Positions 8,739 through 18,786 of a DNA stretch of 64,000 nt are shown here, in pieces; the stretch's first letter is position 1, and each line of letters opens with the position of its first letter. The stretch is from a virus, in the IMG/VR virus record IMGVR_UViG_3300029787_005452, positions 64,001 through 128,000 of that record, one strand, 5' to 3'. The notes below the pieces were generated by a model. That model was not told where the DNA came from. It saw nothing but the letters and a program-made list of their open reading frames with translations, and did not search any database. The position numbers were made by a program, and so were the translations under genes.

Positions 8739-9264
8739 TTATATCAATCCTTTCTGAACCATAAAAATTTTTAATACCTTTATTACTTAATATTTCTCTA
8801 TATAAAGGAGTTTCATAATTATAAGGAAAACAAAAACTATCAGGAATAAAATTTAAATTTTTTAAAAAATTATTATTCATTAACCTATTATCCTCTATAA
8901 TACATTCAACACAATCAGCAGTTTTTATTTTATGAAAATGACTATGACATCCAATATAACAATTTTTATAATTTAAAATATTTTTTATTTGAGACCATTT
9001 CATATAATTAGTAAAATTATTTTTAAAAGCTTTTTTATGAGCATTATAACATGTTATAAAGGTATCATTTTGTATTTTATCTTCTTCACAAACTATACCA
9101 CTACTAATAAAAAAATATTTTTCAGTTTTAATTTTTAATATATCTTCCAAAAAAAGATATTGAGTATATAACCCATCATCAAATGTTAAAATATAATCTT
9201 CTAATGGTAAATTTAAAAACGATTCTTTAAATTCATGAATCATTAAAATTTTTTTACTACTCAT
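8728..9264 (-). CDS. Polysaccharide deacetylase-family protein
   Basis: LTFDDGL, IGCHSHFH, FCFPYN. Confidence 0.85.
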   Translation of the reverse strand: MSSKKILMIHEFKESFLNLPLEDYILTFDDGLYTQYLFLEDILKIKTEKYFFISSGIVCEEDKIQNDTFITCYNAHKKAFKNNFTNYMKWSQIKNILNYKNCYIGCHSHFHKIKTADCVECIIEDNRLMNNNFLKNLNFIPDSFCFPYNYETPLYREILSNKGIKNFYGSERIDINDI

Positions 9265-9911
9265 ACTCTATTAAAAATACAAATAAAGGGTTCAGCTTGT
9301 CTATAACCTGAAATACTTCCGTAATATAAATCTCTATATTTAATATATTCAATACTAAGAGGATCAGGAGACTGTTTCAATTCAGTTGAATATCTATTAA
9401 TACATTTATATTTTACATTTATATTTTTTTCAATATTTACATATGTATTATAATCTATACCTTGAAAATTCCATTCACCGCTACCGGGTATAGAAAATTC
9501 ATATAACGTTGTAACAGGGCTATTATGTCTTGGTCTGCATGCAACTCTCACAGATTTAGATACTATTTGATGATCTATATGTATATCATTACTATAATTT
9601 GTATAAACTATATTCGGTTGTACCTGATTTATTATAGATGATATATAACTATTAATAGATAAATTAGAATGTTTATCTAGACTTACATCATCATATACAT
9701 GTTGAATTAATTTGGTAATACCTAAACTTTTAATATTTTCGTTAAGAGCATTTTTACGTAAATTTTCTACATTTAAATTACTACCTGGTCTATTACCTCT
9801 ACATAATACACATAATGTTATATTATTATCTTTAGATAATTTTGATATTGTACCACCCATACCAAACTCTGCATCGTCTGGATGGGCTGCGATTATTAAA
9901 ATTTTTTTCAT
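9261..9911 (-). CDS. PIG-L/LmbE-family deacetylase
   Basis: IIAAHPDDAEFGMGGTI, DIHIDHQ. Confidence 0.9.
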   Translation of the reverse strand: MKKILIIAAHPDDAEFGMGGTISKLSKDNNITLCVLCRGNRPGSNLNVENLRKNALNENIKSLGITKLIQHVYDDVSLDKHSNLSINSYISSIINQVQPNIVYTNYSNDIHIDHQIVSKSVRVACRPRHNSPVTTLYEFSIPGSGEWNFQGIDYNTYVNIEKNINVKYKCINRYSTELKQSPDPLSIEYIKYRDLYYGSISGYRQAEPFICIFNRV

Positions 9912-10495
9912 GTATATAACTTTTTAATATTAGTGATTGTTTCACACTTTAAATTATTATAATTATAAATTATATTTTGACTATTTACAACGTCTAAAGT
10001 TTGATTTATAAAACTATTTAAAGTTATAAATTTAATTTTTTTATCTAAATCTTTATCTGGAATATCATTTAATCTTATTTTTTTCATTAAACCTTTATTC
10101 CTGGTTTTATCATACACTCTAGGTATTCTCAATATTACCCAATTATCATAATTATTTTTTACATATTCCTCTATTAAAAATTTACTAGTGCAATATATGT
10201 TTTCAGTAGGAGTTTCAACACCTAATGTACTAGCAAATATAAATTTAGAATTATTTTTTTTAGCTAAATTTAATACATTTATAGTTCCATTAATAATAGT
10301 TTTTATAGTTTTAGTTTCATCTATAAAATCATAATCATCACTAGGACCAGCAAAATGAAAAACATTATCAATTTTTGAAGGTAAATAAAAATTATCAATT
10401 AAAATATCCCCATAATCGACATTCCAACCATTTATTTCCTTTTTAAGATTACTACCTAAAAATCCTTTTTCAGCCCCTGTAAATACATTTACCAT
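9908..10495 (-). CDS. NAD-dependent epimerase/dehydratase (short)
   Basis: TGAEKGFLGS, FHFAG, FASTLG, YCTSK, LRIPRVY. Confidence 0.8.
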   Translation of the reverse strand: MVNVFTGAEKGFLGSNLKKEINGWNVDYGDILIDNFYLPSKIDNVFHFAGPSDDYDFIDETKTIKTIINGTINVLNLAKKNNSKFIFASTLGVETPTENIYCTSKFLIEEYVKNNYDNWVILRIPRVYDKTRNKGLMKKIRLNDIPDKDLDKKIKFITLNSFINQTLDVVNSQNIIYNYNNLKCETITNIKKLYT

Positions 10496-10965
10496 TTACA
10501 ATCATCCCAACCTAATCTAATATAATATGAACCATTTTTTCTAATACAATTGCATAATATACTTATAAATTCTTTACCGGTATTAGGTTCAAATAAAGGT
10601 ATATCTAATAATTCCATTATTTCTTTATCATCATCTAGGGTATGTCCAACACCTAAATGATCATAACAACCGTTTGCACCGGCATTTACAAAAATTAAAT
10701 TATCACCAAAAGTTTTTCTATAAAATTTTAATTGTTCATAACCTTTATATATATTAAATCCAGCAACACCATATATAATAACTTTTTTACCTTGACTTGC
10801 TAAACCTAAAGCTATATTAATCATGTTAGGTTCTTGTACACCGACATTTATACATCTATTAGTATTTTTTTCGTTAAACAATTCAAATCTCCACATATCA
10901 GCATGCAGAAAATACAAGCTATCATTATTATATTTTTTTAAAAATCTGTCAAGTATTTTTCTCAT
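10489..10965 (-). CDS. Transketolase pyrimidine-binding domain protein (split transketolase, second subunit)
   Basis: RCINVGVQEPNMINIALGLA, LGVGH, YYIRLG. Confidence 0.8.
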   Translation of the reverse strand: MRKILDRFLKKYNNDSLYFLHADMWRFELFNEKNTNRCINVGVQEPNMINIALGLASQGKKVIIYGVAGFNIYKGYEQLKFYRKTFGDNLIFVNAGANGCYDHLGVGHTLDDDKEIMELLDIPLFEPNTGKEFISILCNCIRKNGSYYIRLGWDDCKW

Positions 10966-10970
10966 TTTAA

Positions 10971-11642
10971 TTATATTTTTTTATAGTGCCACTCATGGGG
11001 GTTTTCTTCCATTTCTTTTATACCATAACCTTTTATTGTGTTATAAAAGATAACAGTAGGTTTTTTATAATTTATTTTTTTAAAATTATTTTTAATTTCA
11101 TTATAATTATGACCATTAACAATGTGAACTTCCCAATTATAATTTCTAAACATATCTATTACTGGTTTAACATCTATAATATCATTTACATTACCGGTTA
11201 CCTGACTGTTATTATAATCGACTGTTACTAAAATATTTTTTATTTGTTTTTGGCCGATAAATTGTATACCTTCTAATTCACTACCCATTTGCAAAGCAGC
11301 ATCAGATAAATTAACCCAAGTAATTTTATCGCTAGCTAAAGATATACCAGCAGCAACCCCTAATGTATTTCCTAAAGATTCACCGGAAAAATTTACAAAA
11401 TCTATTTCTGAATGTTTTAAAATATTATGATATTCATTAATGTTTTTATCAAGATAACCTAGTTTTTTCCAAGGTATATAATATGCCTGGCTACCAAAAG
11501 GCTTACCTATAACAAAATTATGTTTATATGGTTTAATAAATTTTTCATTAAATAAACATTCTATATAAGTAGACATTGATAATGCAGATGGTATATGTTT
11601 AAAACCGTATTTTTTAGATTCATTATATATTTCATTAAACAT
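10971..11642 (-). CDS. Transketolase N-terminal TPP-binding subunit
   Basis: HIPSALS, SLGNTLGVAAG, LSDAALQMG, VDYNNSQ, VNGHN, TIKGYG. Confidence 0.82.
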   Translation of the reverse strand: MFNEIYNESKKYGFKHIPSALSMSTYIECLFNEKFIKPYKHNFVIGKPFGSQAYYIPWKKLGYLDKNINEYHNILKHSEIDFVNFSGESLGNTLGVAAGISLASDKITWVNLSDAALQMGSELEGIQFIGQKQIKNILVTVDYNNSQVTGNVNDIIDVKPVIDMFRNYNWEVHIVNGHNYNEIKNNFKKINYKKPTVIFYNTIKGYGIKEMEENPHEWHYKKI

Positions 11643-12751
11643 TATACTTTTATTTTTTTATGATTTAACATTAAATCACATCTACATCCATTACTGACTG
11701 GACATATAACACAATCATTAAATTTTTTATTTAATAAATCTAGTTCTTCGTTAGTACAATCGTGGGTAAATTTACCCTTTGGATCAATTCCCCATACTTT
11801 AGCAGTACATTTCCAACCTTTAAATCTATCTAACTTTAATGATCTTAAAAAAATTTCAGGTATATATACTGTGTTGTTATCTTTATCTTTTAATCTTATT
11901 TGTCTTTGTATATTATTTTCTAATAAATTAAAACCTTTATAATTTTTTGAATAGTTTATAATTTTTTTTAATATTTCGATAGTTTTATTAGTATCAGTTT
12001 TAAAATTAAAACCATTATAAGTAGATGTAGGGTGTAACAAATTTATATGAAATATTAAGTTATTTTTATTTAATTCTTCCATGAAACTAAATATTTTATC
12101 CCATTTTTCTTCTTCTGCCGGAAAATTTATATTTGTATAAAAATTACAATTTTTCATGTTGTGAAGTTCAATACATTTTTTTAAAAATATATCATTTTTA
12201 GCATATTCATTATGATAAGAACCACTAATATAAAGTTTATTGTATTTTTGATTATCAAATTTTTTATAAAATGAAGCAGGTTTTGTCAAATTAGTAACTA
12301 ATTCAACCCTTTTACATTTTTTATTTTTATTTAATTCCTCAATAATATTAAAAATTTTTGGATGAGTCGTTGGCTCTCCACCTAAAACCTCTACATTAAA
12401 ATTTGGAGTATTTCTTAATTTTAGTTTATTAAGTACAATTTTATAATGATTTAATAGAGAATTATCAAATTTATCTGTAAGTGTATCTTCCATATAACAG
12501 TAAGAACATCTATATTGACAAAAATAAGTTACTTCCCAACATAAATTTAACAATTCTCTATCTTTTTCATCTCCAGCTTCAATAAAATTATCTATAGATA
12601 AATTTTTATTTGTTTTTAAAAAATTTTCAAAACTATTAAAATTATTATACGCAAAACTATTAAAACTACCCTCATTGTATATTTTTCTTGTATTTGTCAA
12701 CATTGATATCGTTGGCGCGCTACTTAGGATTTTATTATCTGTGGTGTTCAT
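11642..12751 (-). CDS. Radical SAM protein with Cys-rich C-terminus
   Basis: WEVTYFCQYRCSYC, LGGEPTTHP, TNL; C-terminal CTAK...C...CPVSNGCRCD. Confidence 0.92.
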   Translation of the reverse strand: MNTTDNKILSSAPTISMLTNTRKIYNEGSFNSFAYNNFNSFENFLKTNKNLSIDNFIEAGDEKDRELLNLCWEVTYFCQYRCSYCYMEDTLTDKFDNSLLNHYKIVLNKLKLRNTPNFNVEVLGGEPTTHPKIFNIIEELNKNKKCKRVELVTNLTKPASFYKKFDNQKYNKLYISGSYHNEYAKNDIFLKKCIELHNMKNCNFYTNINFPAEEEKWDKIFSFMEELNKNNLIFHINLLHPTSTYNGFNFKTDTNKTIEILKKIINYSKNYKGFNLLENNIQRQIRLKDKDNNTVYIPEIFLRSLKLDRFKGWKCTAKVWGIDPKGKFTHDCTNEELDLLNKKFNDCVICPVSNGCRCDLMLNHKKIKV

Positions 12752-13259
12752 ATTTTTTTATTATTTTATTAATAATTCTTTTTATCTTATTTTCTTTTCT
12801 TATTAATTTTTGGCTACTACCATCAAAAGAAATATATATATTTTTTGAATCTCTATAAATTATATTTATATTTTTTGTTTTGAATATAAACTTACTACTA
12901 ATTTTACTAATATTGTTTTTATATATTTTAAAAGCTTTTATTAAACCGGAATTTCTATTTATTAAGTAAATTTTAAATGATAAAATTTTACCTATATGGT
13001 TTAGATCTATACCAACAAGAATATAGTTACTACCTATATCAAATAATCTATAGTAAAATATTAATTTATTTTTTTGTATACTAAAATGAAAATATTTTGT
13101 TTTATAAAAAAATTTTTGATAATTATAAAAATTTTTTTTATCTATATAATTTTTTATTAAATTATATTTAAAGTTATCTAAATTATAATATTCATATGAA
13201 TAATAAAAATTACCATTATCATAATCAATAGTGGTTGTATCTTGATATAAATCTATCAT
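12735..13259 (-). CDS. Hypothetical protein
   Basis: ORF overlaps both neighbours in operon fashion. Confidence 0.55.
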   Translation of the reverse strand: MIDLYQDTTTIDYDNGNFYYSYEYYNLDNFKYNLIKNYIDKKNFYNYQKFFYKTKYFHFSIQKNKLIFYYRLFDIGSNYILVGIDLNHIGKILSFKIYLINRNSGLIKAFKIYKNNISKISSKFIFKTKNINIIYRDSKNIYISFDGSSQKLIRKENKIKRIINKIIKKYEHHR

Positions 13260-13687
13260 ATATATTTTTGTATTATTTTATCTAGGTCCGAAAAACTATT
13301 AAAAATAATAGAATCCTTATTTAAATACCAAGTGATTAATGTTATATCATTGTGAAAAAAATCATTACCTTTTTTTCTATCATTTAGTATTTTTTCTAGA
13401 TTGTCTCTAGATAATTTATAATTACCAATTATTTTAAGTTGATATTTTTCGGCTTGAATAGGGTGATTAGTTAATAAAATTAATTCATCATTTAAATTTT
13501 TTATTCTATTTTTAAGAATATTATATTCTTTTTCTAAATGTTTTTCAAAATTACCATTTATAAAATGTTTTTTTAAAAAAATTTTTTCATTTTTTGTTAA
13601 TAAACTATCTATATCAATTAATTTTTTATATTTTTTACTTAGAGTAGTTTTACCGCAACCAGGAGATATTATTATAGTTTTTTTCAT
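13256..13687 (-). CDS. P-loop (nucleotide kinase-like) protein
   Basis: IIISPGCGKTTLSKK, IDID. Confidence 0.55.
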   Translation of the reverse strand: MKKTIIISPGCGKTTLSKKYKKLIDIDSLLTKNEKIFLKKHFINGNFEKHLEKEYNILKNRIKNLNDELILLTNHPIQAEKYQLKIIGNYKLSRDNLEKILNDRKKGNDFFHNDITLITWYLNKDSIIFNSFSDLDKIIQKYI

Positions 13688-14277
13688 TAAAAAATTAAAG
13701 TAGGTTTATCTGTAGATGGTATAACTAAATTCATATCAATAAAATTTAATTTATCGCTATCATAACAAAAAGAATTAACATTAACTTGGTTTATAAATAG
13801 ATTTTGTTTAGGTTCAATTATTTTACTATAATAAATACTACTTATTTCATGTTTTAATTTATTATATATGTTATTATAAATTTTTTTATTAGTGTTTAAT
13901 AACATATTTTGTAATATACATTTTTTAGTTAAGAAATAATTTATATCAGTTATATTTATTTCTTTAACAGACAATTCAAAAATAAAAATATTATTATGTC
14001 TAGAAATACATTTTGGAAAAAAATAATGCTTTAAATTGAAATAATTGTATATTTTTTTATAATATTCAAGTGATTTATATTTACCGAATATATTAAGTAA
14101 TTCTGGGTCTATTTTATCAATATAAAATATTAGATATAATTTTTTATTACTCTTTATTATATATGATAAAGACTTTTGATAATTACTATTTTTAAGATTA
14201 TCAATAATTTTTACTATTTTATAATTTTTATAAATTTTATGTGTAAAATTATATAATTCTTTATAAATTTTATCCAT
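13687..14277 (-). CDS. Hypothetical protein, possibly kinase-like
   Basis: Operonic ORF; weak similarity to a kinase C-lobe (NVNSF...LNFIDM). Confidence 0.5.
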   Translation of the reverse strand: MDKIYKELYNFTHKIYKNYKIVKIIDNLKNSNYQKSLSYIIKSNKKLYLIFYIDKIDPELLNIFGKYKSLEYYKKIYNYFNLKHYFFPKCISRHNNIFIFELSVKEINITDINYFLTKKCILQNMLLNTNKKIYNNIYNKLKHEISSIYYSKIIEPKQNLFINQVNVNSFCYDSDKLNFIDMNLVIPSTDKPTLIF

Positions 14278-15262
14278 CTATTGGTCTTTTAGGGTATTTA
14301 AACATTGAATTACATGTACAACCACCCTTTACAGGGCAAATAATTTCTTTACCGCAATTTCTAAATAAAGGGTCTAAAACTTCTCCTGAACAAACGTTTT
14401 TAAAAATTCCTAAATGATCAACATTCCATGACCAAGCAGGGCAATAAAATTTATTATAAAAATTATCTAAATGATTGCCTCTTATTTCTAATTCATTTAA
14501 ATAATGCTCTTTACCGCATTTTTCTACATATTTAATTTTGTCTTTAATACTATATTTTTCGTAAAAATCATTTAAACCAAATTTATCTAAAAAATTATAA
14601 ACTATATTCATTTGTTTTTTACTTTCTTCGATAGTATTTTTTGGTATATTACCCATATTAAAACCTTCATAATTTTTTGTACTTTGTAAAAGATTTAAAT
14701 CAAATACTATACCCTCATGAAGTAATTGTTTCATTAAATTAGCAGTTTGTTCGTGATATTTTTCTTCATTTATTATATTAACATTAACATAGAATTGTAA
14801 ATCATTTTTAAATAATTCTACACATTTATTTCCAAACTTTCCATCTTTATCGTATTGAGGGTGGTATGAAAACCCTCCATATATTCTTTTTTTTATATCT
14901 AAATCATTTATTTTTAAATAAAAATCAATTGGAGCGGTTAAATTGGTGTAATATATACTTTCATGTAATTTATCTAACTTTGATATTTCTTCAATTATAT
15001 CTAAAAAATTAGGATGTAAGGTAGGTTCCCCTCCTAATATTTCTAATTTAAATAATGGAGTATTTTTTAGTTTAAGTCTTTTTATTACCGTTTTCCACAT
15101 ATGGTAATAATTATTTTTTATATCAGATCTAATATAATCATAAGCATAGCAATACTTACACCTATAATTACATTTGTGCAATAAACTCCACCATATTTCT
15201 AAACATTCAAAATCTTCTTCCCCAGTAAATTTTACATTATTTAATTTAAGTTTAGAAGACAT
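14270..15262 (-). CDS. Radical SAM protein, paralog of 11642..12751
   Basis: CNYRCKYC, LGGEPTLHP, YTNL; C-terminal CPAW...C...CPVKGGCTCN. Confidence 0.92.
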   Translation of the reverse strand: MSSKLKLNNVKFTGEEDFECLEIWWSLLHKCNYRCKYCYAYDYIRSDIKNNYYHMWKTVIKRLKLKNTPLFKLEILGGEPTLHPNFLDIIEEISKLDKLHESIYYTNLTAPIDFYLKINDLDIKKRIYGGFSYHPQYDKDGKFGNKCVELFKNDLQFYVNVNIINEEKYHEQTANLMKQLLHEGIVFDLNLLQSTKNYEGFNMGNIPKNTIEESKKQMNIVYNFLDKFGLNDFYEKYSIKDKIKYVEKCGKEHYLNELEIRGNHLDNFYNKFYCPAWSWNVDHLGIFKNVCSGEVLDPLFRNCGKEIICPVKGGCTCNSMFKYPKRPIDG

Positions 15263-15267
15263 AATGT

Positions 15268-15275
15268 TATTTATA
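15268..15275 (-). promoter_or_regulatory. Late promoter TATAAATA-N5-ATG (radical SAM gene ending at 14270)
   Basis: Perfect consensus at conserved spacing. Confidence 0.7.
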
Positions 15276-15909
15276 AACTAATATTATCATTACCATCTGT
15301 TGTCTGTATATAACAACTATCTTTAATATAATTTATTTTACAATTTTTTAAACATTTTAAAAAAAATATTTCATCATTTTCGACATAATTATCATCTATT
15401 ATGTATTTGTTTATTAAATTATAGTTTATAATTTTTTTATCAAAAATTATTTGAGATAACTGAAAATCTATAAAATTATTATTAATAATAAAATCATTAT
15501 AGTATTTATATGGTTTTTTGCAGCATGATTTAACATATTCTTTCATAGAATTTTCATTTATATATTTGCGTATAAATTTTTTATCTTTTTCATATTCTAT
15601 AAAATTTAAATCATAATTTAAATCTATATTTTTAAAAAACTTAGGGGTTATATAATCATCATCTTCTAAAAAAAAGACTTTATTATAGTTAGATAAATTT
15701 ATTAACTTAAAATATAAATTTTTTAAAGTATCTTTAATATAAAAATACTTTATTTCCACGTTTTTATTGTAAATTTCTTCTATATCGTTACTATCATTAT
15801 TGACTATTATTTCTATATTGTTATTTTTACAGTTATCTATAACACTTTCAATACATCTTTTAAAAAGTTTAGGTCTTTTATGGGTTAAAATTAAAATTGA
15901 TAAATTCAT
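15271..15909 (-). CDS. GT2-family glycosyltransferase
   Basis: LSILILTHKRPKLFKRCIESV, FFLEDDD. Confidence 0.8.
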   Translation of the reverse strand: MNLSILILTHKRPKLFKRCIESVIDNCKNNNIEIIVNNDSNDIEEIYNKNVEIKYFYIKDTLKNLYFKLINLSNYNKVFFLEDDDYITPKFFKNIDLNYDLNFIEYEKDKKFIRKYINENSMKEYVKSCCKKPYKYYNDFIINNNFIDFQLSQIIFDKKIINYNLINKYIIDDNYVENDEIFFLKCLKNCKINYIKDSCYIQTTDGNDNISL

Positions 15910-16871
15910 ATTTTTTTCTTTAAAATATCAATAATTTTATCGTTTTTCTTTAATATTATACTATTAAAATCGTTTTCTATGTCTAATTTTCTATATTTTA
16001 AACCAGTATCTACGTTTAAATAGTTTTTATCAATATTATGGTATATAATATCTTTATTATAATACTTACATTCAGCTATAAATCTTGGACTGCAGTCAAA
16101 ACAACCTAATTCTTGTTTAGTTACCGAATATGTTGGGGTATATATGTAAGAATCAAACTTTTCAAATATATTATCCAAGGGCATAGCTGGAAAAGTTACA
16201 TTTTTTATATTTTTAAATTGTTCCCTATACAATTCTGGCTGATTAGTTAAAATTATATAATTTTTAAACTTATACTGCATAACTACATCAAGTAAATAAT
16301 TACTACACAGTTTTCTACAGTTTGTAGTTACATATAATAGTGCAGTTTCAGTTTTTACCTTTTTTATATCATTATAGATGTCAAACTTTATTTTTTTCTT
16401 ATAATCTATGGCTATTTCATTATCTTTATCATTATAAACCCTTTGATCTTGCAGTAAAGTTATATTTTTATAAGGTAAATTATAGTGAAAATCTTTATTT
16501 GAACATCTAAATGAAAATATATTATCAAAAGATATAACTATACCATCTCTTAATGAGGTTCTAGTAAACCCTCCATCGACAAATAATATATTTTTACCTG
16601 ATATAAACTTAGGTCGGTGATGAAAAATGGTATTATCTTTAATTTCATTAATTATATTATTTTTTATATTATATTTCGATATAATAGCTTTTTCTATTAT
16701 ATTCCAATCCATATCTTCGCATATTAATATACCAATTTTCATATGCTGGCTTAATAACAAGTAATATTCTAATATTTCATATAAATGACCAGATATTCCG
16801 TGATTATTATCATTATTCCATGTCATTGTTAAGAATAAATCATAACTTTTATCCAATTTTAAATATCTCAC
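15906..16871 (-). CDS. Putative glycosyltransferase-like protein
   Basis: GT-B-like C-terminal FDSYIYTP...SPRFIAECKYYNK; GTG start overlapping upstream stop. Confidence 0.45.
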   Translation of the reverse strand: MRYLKLDKSYDLFLTMTWNNDNNHGISGHLYEILEYYLLLSQHMKIGILICEDMDWNIIEKAIISKYNIKNNIINEIKDNTIFHHRPKFISGKNILFVDGGFTRTSLRDGIVISFDNIFSFRCSNKDFHYNLPYKNITLLQDQRVYNDKDNEIAIDYKKKIKFDIYNDIKKVKTETALLYVTTNCRKLCSNYLLDVVMQYKFKNYIILTNQPELYREQFKNIKNVTFPAMPLDNIFEKFDSYIYTPTYSVTKQELGCFDCSPRFIAECKYYNKDIIYHNIDKNYLNVDTGLKYRKLDIENDFNSIILKKNDKIIDILKKKI

Positions 16872-17896
16872 AAGTAAAAATCTTTCCTATAATGGTTAAC
16901 ATCACGTATTTTATCACCAGGTTCAGGATATACTTCCATATCTAATTGTTTTTCGATACCATCACAAATATAAAAATATTTGCACTTAAAACATGCTAAA
17001 GATTTTTTATAATCAGTGAGTCTATCATGTCTAGCTTTAGCATACCCTAATTCTATTTTTTGATTGTGTGTATATGTCTTAGTTACATCAATATCATAGT
17101 CATATATTTCTTTATTCCAGTCATATACATCATATACATGTTGATATTGGTTACATACATATTTTTCATAACCTTTCATAAAGCAATAAGGTGTGTATCT
17201 AACGTTAATATATTTTACATCGTCGACTATTAAATCTATACATTTTTTTATATTATCAGTTAGTTTATTATAGTCATCTATAGGTTCAAATGTTTTATTA
17301 TCATCCCAATAGTTTAAAGTTAAAAAGTTTACTTGAAAAGGTTTAATTTTTTTAATAATATCAGCATAAGCTACTAAACCTGAATAATTTTTTTGATAAA
17401 CTGTACAGTTAATTCTAACTCGTATGTTATGTTTGTTACAAAGGTCTATTGCTTTATTGATTTTCTTCCAACCATTCTTTCTCCCTACTATATCATCATG
17501 AACTTCTTCATTATAACCATGTAAACTAAATAAAATTTCTTTTAACCCGTGTTCTTTTGATTTTAATAAAAACTTTTCATTAGAAAATACTGAACCGTTA
17601 CTTAAACAGCTTATATTTTTAAATTTATCATTACAATAATCTAATATTTTAAACCAATCTTTATGTATGGAGCTTTCTCCTCCTGATAAATCTACTTCAT
17701 CTATACCATATGAGTGCAAAATATCTATACGCTTTTTAATAGTGTCGTATGACGTTTTCTGGTCTAATTTATCAAGATAATAACAAAATTCACAATGGTA
17801 ATTACAATGAAACCCGGTATCTAACTTTGCTCTATTATTTCTTTTAGTGGTATAATCAACATTAAATCTATTGATACTAATTTTATTAATATCCAT
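16868..17896 (-). CDS. Radical SAM protein with C-terminal CxxC-x4-C
   Basis: CNYHCEFCYY, LSGGE, SNG, CFKCKYFYICDGI. Confidence 0.92.
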   Translation of the reverse strand: MDINKISINRFNVDYTTKRNNRAKLDTGFHCNYHCEFCYYLDKLDQKTSYDTIKKRIDILHSYGIDEVDLSGGESSIHKDWFKILDYCNDKFKNISCLSNGSVFSNEKFLLKSKEHGLKEILFSLHGYNEEVHDDIVGRKNGWKKINKAIDLCNKHNIRVRINCTVYQKNYSGLVAYADIIKKIKPFQVNFLTLNYWDDNKTFEPIDDYNKLTDNIKKCIDLIVDDVKYINVRYTPYCFMKGYEKYVCNQYQHVYDVYDWNKEIYDYDIDVTKTYTHNQKIELGYAKARHDRLTDYKKSLACFKCKYFYICDGIEKQLDMEVYPEPGDKIRDVNHYRKDFYL

Positions 17897-17908
17897 TGTA
17901 TAATTTGT

Positions 17909-18775
17909 TTATTGATTATTTTTATCAAGAATTTCTTTTATTTTGTTTATTACTTTTGTAACAACATAATTTGTATCCTTTATTTCAGATATTTCATCAT
18001 AAATTTCCTTTAACTCATCGTATGTCATCGTTTCAACCAGTGAAAGAGCAGCATCTAAGGTATTATCATCATTACCATTAATTTTATCTTTAATACTTGT
18101 CAATTCATCAGGTAATGGTAAGAGCAGTGGTGGGTAAGTATCGATTACATCGATTAAATTCTTACAATCGGTCAAATCTATATCATTAAGTGTTTCGCAA
18201 AACATTTCTATAATAGAATTAATATCTTCTATATCTTCCTCATCAGATTCTTTTTTAATTTCATTTAATTCATTAATATTTTCATCTATTTTATGTTTTA
18301 CTATTTTATTCCAAACTTTTGATATATTATTTTTATTAGAAATAGTATTTGCTTTTATTTCATAATCTCTTACAGTAAATTCAAATTTTTTACATATATC
18401 AAATATTTCTTTTTCTGAATTAACTTTATAAACTTCGTTTTTTAAATAGTATTCTAATAATTCTTCTTTAGATATATATTCTAAACTACAATCTTCTAAA
18501 TCTGAATTTATTTTATCAATATAGCCTAAATTAATTTCTATATTATTATCTACCCCATGGACTGTTATTTCTTGAATTTCACTATATAATATGTTTTCTA
18601 TTTTTTTTGATAATATATTATATACCCTTATTTTATCAATTTTATCAGAATTTTTTATTGTTATTTTACAGATATCTTTTAAAGTGGTATATGGTTTACT
18701 AATTCCTTCAATTTTCAGAAAACATATATTATCAGATAGTTGTTTTATGGTATAATTTTTAGTTTCGCTATCCAT
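17909..18775 (-). CDS. Acidic hypothetical protein (possible fibre chaperone-like)
   Basis: TAAATA-N5-ATG; YPPLLLPLP motif weakly recalls Tfa-type chaperone C-termini. Confidence 0.55.
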   Translation of the reverse strand: MDSETKNYTIKQLSDNICFLKIEGISKPYTTLKDICKITIKNSDKIDKIRVYNILSKKIENILYSEIQEITVHGVDNNIEINLGYIDKINSDLEDCSLEYISKEELLEYYLKNEVYKVNSEKEIFDICKKFEFTVRDYEIKANTISNKNNISKVWNKIVKHKIDENINELNEIKKESDEEDIEDINSIIEMFCETLNDIDLTDCKNLIDVIDTYPPLLLPLPDELTSIKDKINGNDDNTLDAALSLVETMTYDELKEIYDEISEIKDTNYVVTKVINKIKEILDKNNQ

Positions 18776-18780
18776 TTACT

Positions 18781-18786
18781 TATTTA
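18781..18786 (-). promoter_or_regulatory. Late promoter TAAATA-N5-ATG
   Basis: CATAAATA AGTAA ATG. Confidence 0.6.
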
